DNA from: Patescibacteria group bacterium
GTDB taxonomy: Bacteria; Patescibacteriota; Patescibacteriia; Patescibacteriales; UBA12465
Assembly: GCA_041650715.1 (NCBI GenBank)
Contig: JBAZKQ010000001.1
Location: 198,945 to 262,944 of the forward strand
Length of the DNA: 64,000 bases
Direction: 5' to 3'
Program-made: the position numbers and the translations under genes
The notes under the pieces: model-generated
Seen by the model: only the letters and a program-made list of their open reading frames with translations
The model's database searches: none
What the model was told of the DNA's origin: nothing
Shown here: piece by piece, positions 38,280 to 47,233 of the stretch
How positions within the stretch are numbered: the first letter of the stretch is position 1
Layout: every line of letters starts with the position of its first letter

Positions 38280-39014
38280 TTACTTTGGATTGTTTTTTTT
38301 CTTGCGAAGAACAATAGCTAAAATAATTATCATAAAGACGTTTCCCATCAAGTATAACCCCATCGTCATCGTTAGAGTCTCAATTGTTTGAAGGAACATG
38401 TATTTCAAAAATAGAAATACTAATGCCGCAGTGAATATGCCCACAATAAAAGCAATAATTGGTTTACAACTATAAATTGCATAGCCGATTATTAGCCCGA
38501 AAGCCACGAGGCATAACATTAGAAAAGTGCCAGAGTTTCTTGCGTCATTCGCACTATTTTTTTGGACATTACAGACGGTGAATTTTTTTAAGCTATCACC
38601 GACTAAAACCGCCCAGTTTTCGTCGAAGCGATTGTTGATTGTTAAACGTCCTTCCTCTAATTTGATTTGGCTCCATTTTTGCATGGACTCGTAGATGTAG
38701 TTTTCACTCAGGTAGGCTTTTACCCAATCATGCTCTGGTATGGACGAATCAATAAAACTAAGACTATCCAGTATCTCTTTTACCAGGAAGCCCTTGCTTG
38801 TTGTTATTGGGCAAAGCGGACAAATGAGATAATATTTCCCATTTGGCATCAGTATGATATTCAAACTATCAGCGTTTTGGATAACCGATTTTCGTTGCCC
38901 GACGGTAACGGACTGAAGTAGGGTCGAAGGAAATTCTGAACAATAAGCTGTGCCTAAAGGCATTAAAATGATAGTCAGAACGACTATCGTAACGATAAAC
39001 AATTGCTTTTTCAT
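38280..39014 (-). CDS. hypothetical secreted/membrane protein (244 aa)
   Basis: Signal or anchor helix, a roughly 150-aa extracytoplasmic domain, and three C-terminal TM helices. Confidence 0.55.
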   Translation of the reverse strand: MKKQLFIVTIVVLTIILMPLGTAYCSEFPSTLLQSVTVGQRKSVIQNADSLNIILMPNGKYYLICPLCPITTSKGFLVKEILDSLSFIDSSIPEHDWVKAYLSENYIYESMQKWSQIKLEEGRLTINNRFDENWAVLVGDSLKKFTVCNVQKNSANDARNSGTFLMLCLVAFGLIIGYAIYSCKPIIAFIVGIFTAALVFLFLKYMFLQTIETLTMTMGLYLMGNVFMIIILAIVLRKKKNNPK

Positions 39015-39146
39015 GACAGGGTTATTTTTGTGGTTTATTGGATTAGGTTAATTATATTTTAAAAGGACAAGGCGTCATTTAATTTGACTCTTTAATTTAT
39101 AATATTTATGTGTATTTGTCAAACCTAAGTTTTACTATATATTTTT

Positions 39147-39180
39147 AGGCTTTATTTGTTAAAAAGCCTGTTTTCTTTTA
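39147..39180 (+). promoter_or_regulatory. terminator-like hairpin in the cysS leader
   Basis: AGGCTTT-loop-AAAGCCT followed by GTTTTCTTTT, about 25 nt before the cysS ATG. There is no upstream plus-strand gene for it to terminate. Confidence 0.3.
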
Positions 39181-39203
39181 TACTTAAATCAGATAATAAC
39201 CAT

Positions 39204-40622
39204 ATGAATACATTAAAGCTCTACAATACGCTTAGCCTCAAGAAGGAGGAATTTAAACCTATCAAATCGGGTGAAGTTGGACTTTATACCTGCGGCCCGA
39301 CTGTTTATAATTATGCGCATATTGGAAATCTCCGAACTTATTTATTTGAGGACTTTTTGAAAAGAACTTTAGAGTATGACGGTTATGAGGTCCTGCATGT
39401 CATGAATATAACCGATGTCGGCCATTTAACCGGCAATATGGATATGGGAGAGGACAAGTTGGAAGTAGGAGCTAAGCGCGAAGGGAAAAGCGCCCTAGAG
39501 GTAGCTGCTTTTTACGAAGTCGCTTTTAAAAAAGATTTAGCCGCTTTAAATATTGAAGAACCGAATATTTATTGCCGGGCAACCGAAAACATTCCCGAAC
39601 AGATTGAGCTAATCATGATGCTTGAGAGTAAGGGCTATACTTATAAAACCAGTGACGGCGTTTATTTTGATACCTCATTAGTGAAAGATTATAATAAGTT
39701 GAGCCATTTGCCGCTTGAAGAACTAAGGGAGGGCGCGCGGGTCGAAAAAAATCCGGAGAAGAGAAATCCGACTGATTTTGCTTTATGGAAATTTTCACCG
39801 ACACCAAGCGAAGGCGGCGCTAAACGCCAGATGGAATGGGATTCACCTTGGGGCATCGGTTTCCCGGGTTGGCATATCGAGTGCTCGGCCATGAGCCAGA
39901 AGTATTTAGGCGAAGAGCTGGATATCCACTGTGGCGGAATTGATCATATAAATATTCATCATACGAATGAAATTGCGCAATCGGAAGCCGCCACCGGAAA
40001 GAAATTTTTTAATTATTGGGTTCACGGCGCCTTCTTGAATATCAAAGGGGGTAAAAAAATGGCGAAGAGCGACGGTAATTTTTTAACGCTTGATAAGGCC
40101 TTGATTGCGGCCAACATTAATCCGCTGGCTTATCGTTTTTCCGCTTTGCAGGTTCATTATCGCAAGCCGATGGAATTTAGCGAAGACGGCTTGAAGCAGG
40201 CGCTCGAGGGTTTAAATAGTTTATTGATACAGGTGGCAGGTTTAGGTTCTAAGGTGGGAAAGATAGACTCTGAATTCAAAGAAAAGTTTCTGGGAGCGAT
40301 TAATGACGATTTGAATTTTGCGAAAGCCTTGGCAACCCTCGCCGCTGTTTTAAAATCAAAGTTAAACGATGCGGACAAACTGGGAACAATTTTAGATTTT
40401 GATCGCGTCTTGGGATTACGTCTTGATTTGGCGAAGAACTATGCGCCAGTCGAGTTTCGCTTTACCGATTTGGCGAGCGACGTGCAAGCGCTTATTAACG
40501 CGCGCCAGGAAGCGCGCGATGCCAAGAACTGGGAGGAGTCCGATCGTTTACGCCTGGAAATCCGAAAGAAAGGCTATTTGATTGAAGATATTAAAAACGG
40601 CTTTAAAGTTTCTCAGCTATAA
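39204..40622 (+). CDS. cysS: cysteine--tRNA ligase
   Basis: Start MNTLKLYNTLS. HIGN (YAHIGNLR) and KMSKS (KMAKSDGN) class I motifs. Confidence 0.95.
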   Translation: MNTLKLYNTLSLKKEEFKPIKSGEVGLYTCGPTVYNYAHIGNLRTYLFEDFLKRTLEYDGYEVLHVMNITDVGHLTGNMDMGEDKLEVGAKREGKSALEVAAFYEVAFKKDLAALNIEEPNIYCRATENIPEQIELIMMLESKGYTYKTSDGVYFDTSLVKDYNKLSHLPLEELREGARVEKNPEKRNPTDFALWKFSPTPSEGGAKRQMEWDSPWGIGFPGWHIECSAMSQKYLGEELDIHCGGIDHINIHHTNEIAQSEAATGKKFFNYWVHGAFLNIKGGKKMAKSDGNFLTLDKALIAANINPLAYRFSALQVHYRKPMEFSEDGLKQALEGLNSLLIQVAGLGSKVGKIDSEFKEKFLGAINDDLNFAKALATLAAVLKSKLNDADKLGTILDFDRVLGLRLDLAKNYAPVEFRFTDLASDVQALINARQEARDAKNWEESDRLRLEIRKKGYLIEDIKNGFKVSQL

Positions 40623-40654
40623 AAGGAGTTTCAGTTTAAAAAGAAAGCGGAATT

Positions 40655-41611
40655 ATGCCTAAAAATTTTTGGTTAAAATTAAAAAATAGCGGCCGGCCGA
40701 TTTTGGCGCTGGCGCCCTTGGCTGGGTTTACGGACTCGGCTTTTCGGCAGATCTGCCGCCAACTTGGCGCCGATGTTGTTTATAGCGAAATGGCTTCTGT
40801 CACCGCCCTTTTTTATAATCAGAAAGTTAAGAATAATGCCACCTTAGAACTATTGAAATTTGATAGAACAAAGGAAAAATATTACGTTGTCCAATTATTT
40901 GGCGACAATCCCGAACATTTTGCTGTCGCCGCTAAAATTATTACCGAAAAAATAAAACCGGACGGAATCGATATTAATTTCGGCTGCCCGGTCCCCAAAG
41001 TAATTAAGCAGGGAGCAGGCGCCGGACTCATGAAAAATCTACCGGTCGCGCGCGCGGCCATTGAAGCGGTACTCGCAAATACTGATTTGCCGGTTTCCAT
41101 AAAAATTCGTACTCAAGCAGGAATGGTTACGGCCGCCCAGTTTTTAGAAAATATTTCTGATTTACCCGTCTCCGCCTTAATGATTCATGGGCGCTCTTTA
41201 GCCCAGGGCTTTGCCGGAGTTTCCGATTGGAAAATAATTAAATCTTTACATAAATATTTTCGGGGTGTGATTTTAGTTAACGGCGGAATTAATAACTTGG
41301 CGGACGCCAAAAAAGCTCTGCGGCAGAGCGGAGCAAATGGCTTGGGTTTGGCGCGGGGAGCACTGGGCCGCCCCTGGCTGTTTAAAGAAATAAAAAAAGA
41401 TTTGGTTATCAATTTAAGCGATAAGAAAATTTTTAAAATTGCGCTTGCTCACGCCGAACTTGAACAGGCACAAAAGGGCCGGCGCGGTATTATTGAATTC
41501 CGCAAGCACTTGGTCTGGTATATGCAAGGCCTGGCCGGTGCGGCTAAACTGCGCGAGCAATTAGTTAAGGTTAGCTCCCTAAAAGAAATTAAAAAAATAC
41601 TAACAATATGA
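40655..41611 (+). CDS. dus: tRNA-dihydrouridine synthase
   Basis: LAPLAGFTDSAFRQICR, DINFGCP, and TIM-barrel Dus motifs. Confidence 0.9.
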   Translation: MPKNFWLKLKNSGRPILALAPLAGFTDSAFRQICRQLGADVVYSEMASVTALFYNQKVKNNATLELLKFDRTKEKYYVVQLFGDNPEHFAVAAKIITEKIKPDGIDINFGCPVPKVIKQGAGAGLMKNLPVARAAIEAVLANTDLPVSIKIRTQAGMVTAAQFLENISDLPVSALMIHGRSLAQGFAGVSDWKIIKSLHKYFRGVILVNGGINNLADAKKALRQSGANGLGLARGALGRPWLFKEIKKDLVINLSDKKIFKIALAHAELEQAQKGRRGIIEFRKHLVWYMQGLAGAAKLREQLVKVSSLKEIKKILTI

Positions 41612-41991
41612 TTTTATATATCAACACAAGCGGCGCGGATGAAATTATTATTGCTCTTCGTAGTGCGGAAAAAATAATTGCGAGCAAAAAAATTTCCGCC
41701 CCGCGCCAGCAGTCAGAAAAATTATTGCCTGGTATTGAGCGCTTGCTTAATAGCAAAAAAATAAAGCTGTCGCAATTAACGAAGATTGTTGTCGCGAGTC
41801 ACGGTGGCAGTTTTACGGCGCTTCGCATCGGCGTGATTACCGCCAACGCGCTCGCCTACGCTTTGAAAATTCCGGTTGAAGCGGAGCCAAAAACACTCAT
41901 AAAAAATAAGAAGTTTTCCGGTTATTCTTTGGTTGAACCGATTTATGATCGCGAACCAAACATCGGAATTTCAAAAAAGGCGCTTATGTAG
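41608..41991 (+). CDS. tsaB: TsaB (YeaZ)-like protein, half-length
   Basis: ATGA overlap with dus. MILYINTSG...VVASHGGSFTALRIGVITANALAYALKIPV matches the N-terminal ASKHA lobe of TsaB. Only 127 aa. Confidence 0.6.
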   Translation: MILYINTSGADEIIIALRSAEKIIASKKISAPRQQSEKLLPGIERLLNSKKIKLSQLTKIVVASHGGSFTALRIGVITANALAYALKIPVEAEPKTLIKNKKFSGYSLVEPIYDREPNIGISKKALM

Positions 41992-42054
41992 GCCTGTGTG
42001 TTAACTGTTGAAAACTTTTAGACTATTTTGGCAAATTATATTAGATGAATATAG

Positions 42055-42090
42055 ACCACTTGTTAATAAGTGGTTATTTTGGTATTTTTT
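42055..42090 (+). terminator. rho-independent terminator
   Basis: ACCACTT-N6-AAGTGGT hairpin followed by a T-rich tract. Confidence 0.5.
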
Positions 42091-42116
42091 GCCTTATTTT
42101 AGAGGAAAGATTAGTG

Positions 42117-42145
42117 TTGACCATAGGGGGTTGGTGGTGTATAAT
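42117..42145 (+). promoter_or_regulatory. Pmra-like sigma70 promoter of the dcw operon
   Basis: TTGACC, 17-nt spacer, TATAAT. Confidence 0.6.
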
Positions 42146-42184
42146 TAAACTTGTAAGGTGAAATGTGGGGAATAGTGGTGAATA
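42134..42184 (+). promoter_or_regulatory. putative MraZ boxes (GTGG direct repeats)
   Basis: GTGGTG at 42134. GTGGGGAATA at 42165 and GTGGTGAATA at 42175 sit with a 10-bp period, just downstream of the -10. Confidence 0.45.
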
Positions 42185-42220
42185 TGCTTGTCTTCACCAC
42201 TGTTCTCTCTCAAAGCGAAT

Positions 42221-42652
42221 ATGTTTATCGGTGAATATAATCACAATTTAGATGACAAAGGACGCCTAGCCATTCCGGCCAAGTTTCGTGCCATTTTAAA
42301 AAAAGGAGCAGTTGTTACCAAGGGTTTGGACAATTGCTTGTTTTTATATTCTAAAGAACAATTTGAAGCGATTGCGAAAAAATTAGCCGCCTTGCCGGTT
42401 AGCCAAGCGAAAGCGAGAGCTTTTAGCCGCCATATGTTAGCGGGTGCGATGGATTTGGAATTTGATAATCAGGGCCGTATTACTTTACCGGAATATTTAC
42501 GTCTCTTTTCCGGTTTAAAGAAAAAAATTATTGTGGCCGGTTTATATAACCATTTGGAAATCTGGGACGAAGGCGCCTGGCATAAATATAAAAACGAAAG
42601 CGAAAAAAATAGTAATGCGATTGCTGAAGAATTGGGTGATTTAGGAATTTAA
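42221..42652 (+). CDS. mraZ: transcriptional regulator MraZ
   Basis: Start MFIGEYNHNLDDKGRLAIPAKFR. Second SpoVT-AbrB repeat DNQGRITLPEYLR. Confidence 0.9.
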   Translation: MFIGEYNHNLDDKGRLAIPAKFRAILKKGAVVTKGLDNCLFLYSKEQFEAIAKKLAALPVSQAKARAFSRHMLAGAMDLEFDNQGRITLPEYLRLFSGLKKKIIVAGLYNHLEIWDEGAWHKYKNESEKNSNAIAEELGDLGI

Positions 42653-42656
42653 TCCT

Positions 42657-43544
42657 ATGTCTTACCAGCATATCCCCGTCATGTTAAACGAAGTTCTTGA
42701 ACACTTAAAGCCGTCGGCCGGAAAAAAATATCTTGATTGCACTTTGGGTGGCGCCGGTTATACTCTGGCTTTAGCCAAACTTGTCGGTAAGAAAGGGCAG
42801 GTGATCGGAATTGATTTGGATGAAATGGCGATTAAAAACGCGCAAGCCTTAATTAATGAACAGAAATTGCAAAATATAACCCTGATTAATGATAACTTTA
42901 AAAATCTAAAAACGATTGTCGGCGAAAATATTTCGCCTGATGCCAAATTCGATGGCATTGTCTTCGATCTCGGTTTGTCTTCGGCCCAACTGGACGATGA
43001 GGTTCGGGGCTTCTCCTTTAAAGGACAGCGGCCGCTGGATATGTCCTTTGGACCGGCCAACGAGAAATCAACTGAAGAAATAGTAAATCATTACCCTCTT
43101 CTGGAATTGACGAGAATCTTTCGAGAATATGGCGAAGAGAAACATGCTTACCGCATTGCCAAGGCGATAGTGACCGCCCGGCACATCGAGAGACTAAAAA
43201 GTACGGCCGATCTGGTTAGAGTCATTGAAGAAGCGATTCCGTTTCGCTATCAGTCAAAAATCCATCCGGCTACTCGCGTTTTCCAGGCTTTGCGGATGGA
43301 AACAAACGAAGAACTGCTGAGTCTCGAGGCCGTCTTGCCCGACGCCGTCTCTCTACTCAAAACTGGCGGACGCATCGTCGTCGTTTCATTCCATAGCGGC
43401 GAAGACAGAATCGTTAAAAGATACTTTAAAGGAGAAAGCCAGATAAAAATCATAACTAAACGCCCCTTGATACCGGCTGAAGAGGAAACAAAAGATAACC
43501 CTCGAGCCCGAAGCGCAAAATTACGGGTGGGGGAAAAAATTTGA
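42657..43544 (+). CDS. rsmH: 16S rRNA (cytosine1402-N4)-methyltransferase
   Basis: HIPVMLNEVLE, DCTLGGAGY, FDLGLSS and SFHSGEDRIVK motifs. Confidence 0.95.
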   Translation: MSYQHIPVMLNEVLEHLKPSAGKKYLDCTLGGAGYTLALAKLVGKKGQVIGIDLDEMAIKNAQALINEQKLQNITLINDNFKNLKTIVGENISPDAKFDGIVFDLGLSSAQLDDEVRGFSFKGQRPLDMSFGPANEKSTEEIVNHYPLLELTRIFREYGEEKHAYRIAKAIVTARHIERLKSTADLVRVIEEAIPFRYQSKIHPATRVFQALRMETNEELLSLEAVLPDAVSLLKTGGRIVVVSFHSGEDRIVKRYFKGESQIKIITKRPLIPAEEETKDNPRARSAKLRVGEKI

Positions 43545-43579
43545 TAATTTTTAGATTAATATAATTTCGTAAGTCTTGT

Positions 43580-43921
43580 ATGACCAAAATTATTAACTGT
43601 TATCAGACGCCAAGCAACCGAACCGCGAAAGGCAAGCGGATAAATTTGAAATTATTCAACATCGGCATTTCCGCCTTATTGCTTGGTTTCGGAATATTTT
43701 ATTTGGTCACGGTAAGCGATCTCGCCGTGAGGGGATTTGCTCTCCAAGAATTAAAATCACAAGCCAATGTCTTGGCCAGTCAAAAGCTGGACTTTGAAGA
43801 GCAAGTCAATAATTTACAGTCATATTATTCTTTAAATTCGCGAACGCAAAAATTAAACATGGTTGCCATTGGCGAAATCGATTATCTCAAGGTAACGCCG
43901 GCGGTGGTTGCACGTAAGTAA
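43580..43921 (+). CDS. ftsL: FtsL-like cell division protein
   Basis: Single TM helix followed by a coiled coil. The call rests on its position between rsmH and ftsI. Confidence 0.5.
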   Translation: MTKIINCYQTPSNRTAKGKRINLKLFNIGISALLLGFGIFYLVTVSDLAVRGFALQELKSQANVLASQKLDFEEQVNNLQSYYSLNSRTQKLNMVAIGEIDYLKVTPAVVARK

Positions 43922-43922
43922 T

Positions 43923-45872
43923 ATGTGGCGTGAAAATAAAAATAAATCTCGGCCTGAAGTCAACAAGACCAGTATTAATCGTCTCCGTTTAGTCGTGGCG
44001 ATTATTTTTTTATTAATCGGCTCTTTGATTTATAAATTGTTCTCGGTCCAAATCGGTCAATTCGATTTATATACGGCGCTCGCTTCTTCCCAGCACCAAG
44101 TTAATAGTCAGCTGCAACCGGAAAGAGGGAAGATATATTTAAGCGAGAGTGTAAATGGCCAAGAAAAGCTTTACCCGCTCGCCACCAATAAAGACTTCGC
44201 TTCCGTTTATGTCGTTCCTAAAGATATTACTGACCCGCGGGGCGATGCGGAAAAACTGTATCAATATTTTGATGAGCCGGCTTTAATGAAGGCGGGGACC
44301 GAAAAATTGGCAACCGGAACGGTATTTATAATCGCGACCAGTACCAAAGAAGAAATTATTAACAATTATTTAAAGAAATTGGATAAACCGGGCGATCCTT
44401 ACGAATCTCTTGATAAAAAGTTAGGCACCGAAGATTTATTCAAGCTTTATGCATATCTCGCCTCCAGCTCGACGGCTCCCGTTAGCGCGGAGAACTTAGA
44501 GCTTAGAAATGACCAAGTTGTATTCAGAGATAAGGCATCGACCACACCGAAGTTCAGTTTGCCCGGTTTCGGCTTTGATTTGGAAAAGTATCGTTATTAC
44601 CCGGAAAAAGAAATCGCTTCACATGTGCTCGGTTTTGTCAGTTATGTCGATGGTGAAGGTAAAGGCCGCTACGGTTTGGAAGAATTTTTTAATGACGAAT
44701 TATTCGGAAAATATGGTTCATTAAAGTCGGAAAAGGCCGGACAAAGCAATACGGTCATCGTTAATGACCGTGAGTATGTTAAGCCAGAAAATGGTTCCGA
44801 TTTAATTTTGACGATTGATCGCAATATTGAGTTTGTGGCTTGCGAAAAATTAAAGGAAGCGGTTAAAGCCCATGGTGCGGATGGCGGCAGTGTTATTGTT
44901 ATGAATCCTAAGACCGGCGCGATTATTGCCATGTGTTCCGTTCCCGATTTTGACCCGAACAATTATGGCGAAGTTAAAGACATGGCTGTTTTTAATAATC
45001 CTGTTACCTTTGATCAGTATGAGCCGGGCTCGGTATTTAAAACCGTGACCATGGCCATTGCCGTTGATCAGAATAAAGTAACCCCTAATACCACCTATAA
45101 AGACGAAGGTGAAATTATGATTAACGGTTGGCCGAAGCCAATTCGAAATTCCGATTTTGATACAAAAGGCGGACACGGCATCGTTGATATGAATACGGTT
45201 TTGGAAAACTCGCTCAATACCGGTGCGATTTTTGCCATGCGCCAGGTAGGACCGAATACCTTTGCTGATTATTTAAAGAGTTTTGGTTTTGGGGAAAGAA
45301 CAGGGATTGAATTGGGTTCGGAAAGCCCGGGAAATATCGACAATCTGCTTAAGCCGAAGGTGCGCGAAATTGATGCGGCGACCGCCGCTTTCGGACAAGG
45401 TTTGGCGGTAACTTCGCTGCAAATGATTCTGCCTTATCAAGCTATCGCTAATAAGGGAGTCATGATGAAACCGTATGTAGTAAAAACGATTGTTCATGGC
45501 GACGGCACTAAAGACGAGACGCAGCCCCAAATTATGAAACGGGTAATTTCTCCGCAAACAGCCGATACGATGTCGGCCATGCTGGTTAATGTCGTCGAAA
45601 AGGGACACTCAAGCAAGGCGTATATTGCCGGCTATTATATCGGTGGAAAAACCGGTACCGCGCAGATTCCGACGGCCGGTGGATACTTAAAGAATCAATA
45701 TATTCATACCTTTGTTGGTATCGCGCCGATTGAAAATCCGAGCTTTGTCATGCTGACAAAGATGGATAGTCCGAAAGATGTGACTTATGCTGAAGGTTCC
45801 GTGGTCCCGCTTTGGAAGGATATTGCCGACTTTATTTTGAAATATTATCAGGTACCGCAAACGCGGAAATAA
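43923..45872 (+). CDS. ftsI: penicillin-binding protein 2 / FtsI-type transpeptidase
   Basis: TM anchor and PBP dimerisation domain. SxxK (GSVFK), SxN (NSLNTG) and KTG (GKTGTA) motifs. Confidence 0.9.
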   Translation: MWRENKNKSRPEVNKTSINRLRLVVAIIFLLIGSLIYKLFSVQIGQFDLYTALASSQHQVNSQLQPERGKIYLSESVNGQEKLYPLATNKDFASVYVVPKDITDPRGDAEKLYQYFDEPALMKAGTEKLATGTVFIIATSTKEEIINNYLKKLDKPGDPYESLDKKLGTEDLFKLYAYLASSSTAPVSAENLELRNDQVVFRDKASTTPKFSLPGFGFDLEKYRYYPEKEIASHVLGFVSYVDGEGKGRYGLEEFFNDELFGKYGSLKSEKAGQSNTVIVNDREYVKPENGSDLILTIDRNIEFVACEKLKEAVKAHGADGGSVIVMNPKTGAIIAMCSVPDFDPNNYGEVKDMAVFNNPVTFDQYEPGSVFKTVTMAIAVDQNKVTPNTTYKDEGEIMINGWPKPIRNSDFDTKGGHGIVDMNTVLENSLNTGAIFAMRQVGPNTFADYLKSFGFGERTGIELGSESPGNIDNLLKPKVREIDAATAAFGQGLAVTSLQMILPYQAIANKGVMMKPYVVKTIVHGDGTKDETQPQIMKRVISPQTADTMSAMLVNVVEKGHSSKAYIAGYYIGGKTGTAQIPTAGGYLKNQYIHTFVGIAPIENPSFVMLTKMDSPKDVTYAEGSVVPLWKDIADFILKYYQVPQTRK

Positions 45873-45873
45873 T

Positions 45874-47163
45874 ATGAAGAAACTCTTGGAATTAAAATTG
45901 AAAACTTTAGCGAAATTGATACTTAAAAAATATCAGCCGATTGTAGTTGGCATTACCGGTTCAATCGGCAAGACCAGTGCGAAAAACGCGATTTTTGAAG
46001 TTCTGCAGGATAAACTAAGAGTGCGCACGAGCATAAAAAACTATAATAATGAAATCGGTTTGCCGCTAACGATAATCGGACAAGAATCTCCGGGACGAAA
46101 TTTATTTGGGTGGGCAGGCTTAATCTTTAAAGCCCTGGGCTTGATACTGGTCCGTGATAAAAACTATCCGCAAGTTCTCGTTTTAGAAATGGGCGTGGAT
46201 AGACCGGGGGATATGGATTACCTAACTTCAATTGTGCCCGTCAACGTAGGCGTGGTAACCGCGGTTAGCTATTCCCATTTAGAATATTTTGGCAGCATCG
46301 TAAACATAAAAAAAGAAAAACAGGTGTTGATCGAAAAATTAGATTCTAAGGGTTTGGCAGTCCTTAACTTCGATAATGGCTATACAAAGGAAATGGCAAG
46401 CGTTAGCCAGGCGCGGGTGATTACTTATGGCCTCAAAGAAGGAGCAAACTTACAGGCCCAAGATATAGTTTATAATTATACTAAAGATGGCTACGATCTT
46501 TTTGGGATAAATTTTAAATTAAATTATAACGGAGCGATTGTGCCAGTAACGATGAAGAACGTGATGGCGGAAACCGCTATCTACGCCGGTCTGGCGGCTG
46601 TGGCGGCGGCACTTTATTTTGATTTTAATTTGGTTGAAGCGGCCCGAGCACTGACCGATTTCAGTTTGCCGAAGGGGCGGATGAATCTTCTTCCGGGTAT
46701 AAAACACACTTTCATTATTGATGATACCTATAATTCTTCTCCCGAAGCGGCTCTCGCTGCCGTAAAAACATTGGCGCAAATAAAAGTTGATGCCGGTGCG
46801 GAAAAGTATGCGGTGATGGGCGACATGCTTGAAATTGGCAGCTATACCGAGGAGGGACACAAGGCAGTCGGTCGGCAAATTGCAGCGAGCGGCATTAATC
46901 AATTAATCGCGGTCGGCGAAAAGGCGCGTGATTTTATTCACGGAGCGAAAGAAGAGGGGATGGAAGATGATTATATTTTTTATTTTGATCGGCCGGACGA
47001 GGCCGGGCGATTCTTGCAGAATCGGATTAAGGCAGGCGATGTTTTATTAATTAAGGGTTCGCAGGGAGCACGCATGGAAAAAGTGGTTAAAGAATTAATG
47101 GCGGAACCGGAGCGGGCAGAAGAGTTGATTGTGCGGCAAGGCCCCGAGTGGGAAGGGAAATAA
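45874..47163 (+). CDS. murF: UDP-N-acetylmuramoyl-tripeptide--D-alanyl-D-alanine ligase (MurF-like, short N-terminus)
   Basis: Mur ligase P-loop GITGSIGKTS at residue 27. DDTYNSSPEAALAAV and LIKGSQGARMEKVV are typical of the MurF C-terminal domain. Confidence 0.8.
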   Translation: MKKLLELKLKTLAKLILKKYQPIVVGITGSIGKTSAKNAIFEVLQDKLRVRTSIKNYNNEIGLPLTIIGQESPGRNLFGWAGLIFKALGLILVRDKNYPQVLVLEMGVDRPGDMDYLTSIVPVNVGVVTAVSYSHLEYFGSIVNIKKEKQVLIEKLDSKGLAVLNFDNGYTKEMASVSQARVITYGLKEGANLQAQDIVYNYTKDGYDLFGINFKLNYNGAIVPVTMKNVMAETAIYAGLAAVAAALYFDFNLVEAARALTDFSLPKGRMNLLPGIKHTFIIDDTYNSSPEAALAAVKTLAQIKVDAGAEKYAVMGDMLEIGSYTEEGHKAVGRQIAASGINQLIAVGEKARDFIHGAKEEGMEDDYIFYFDRPDEAGRFLQNRIKAGDVLLIKGSQGARMEKVVKELMAEPERAEELIVRQGPEWEGK

Positions 47164-47181
47164 TTTAAAAAATTTTTAGAT

Positions 47182-47213
47182 AAAAAAGAGCCCCGTTTTT
47201 TGACGGGGCTTTT
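47182..47213. terminator. bidirectional rho-independent terminator
   Basis: AGCCCCGT-N6-ACGGGGCT hairpin with an A-run before and T-run after, between convergent genes. Confidence 0.75.
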
Positions 47214-47233
47214 GCAATCTTTTTGCTGTGGAC

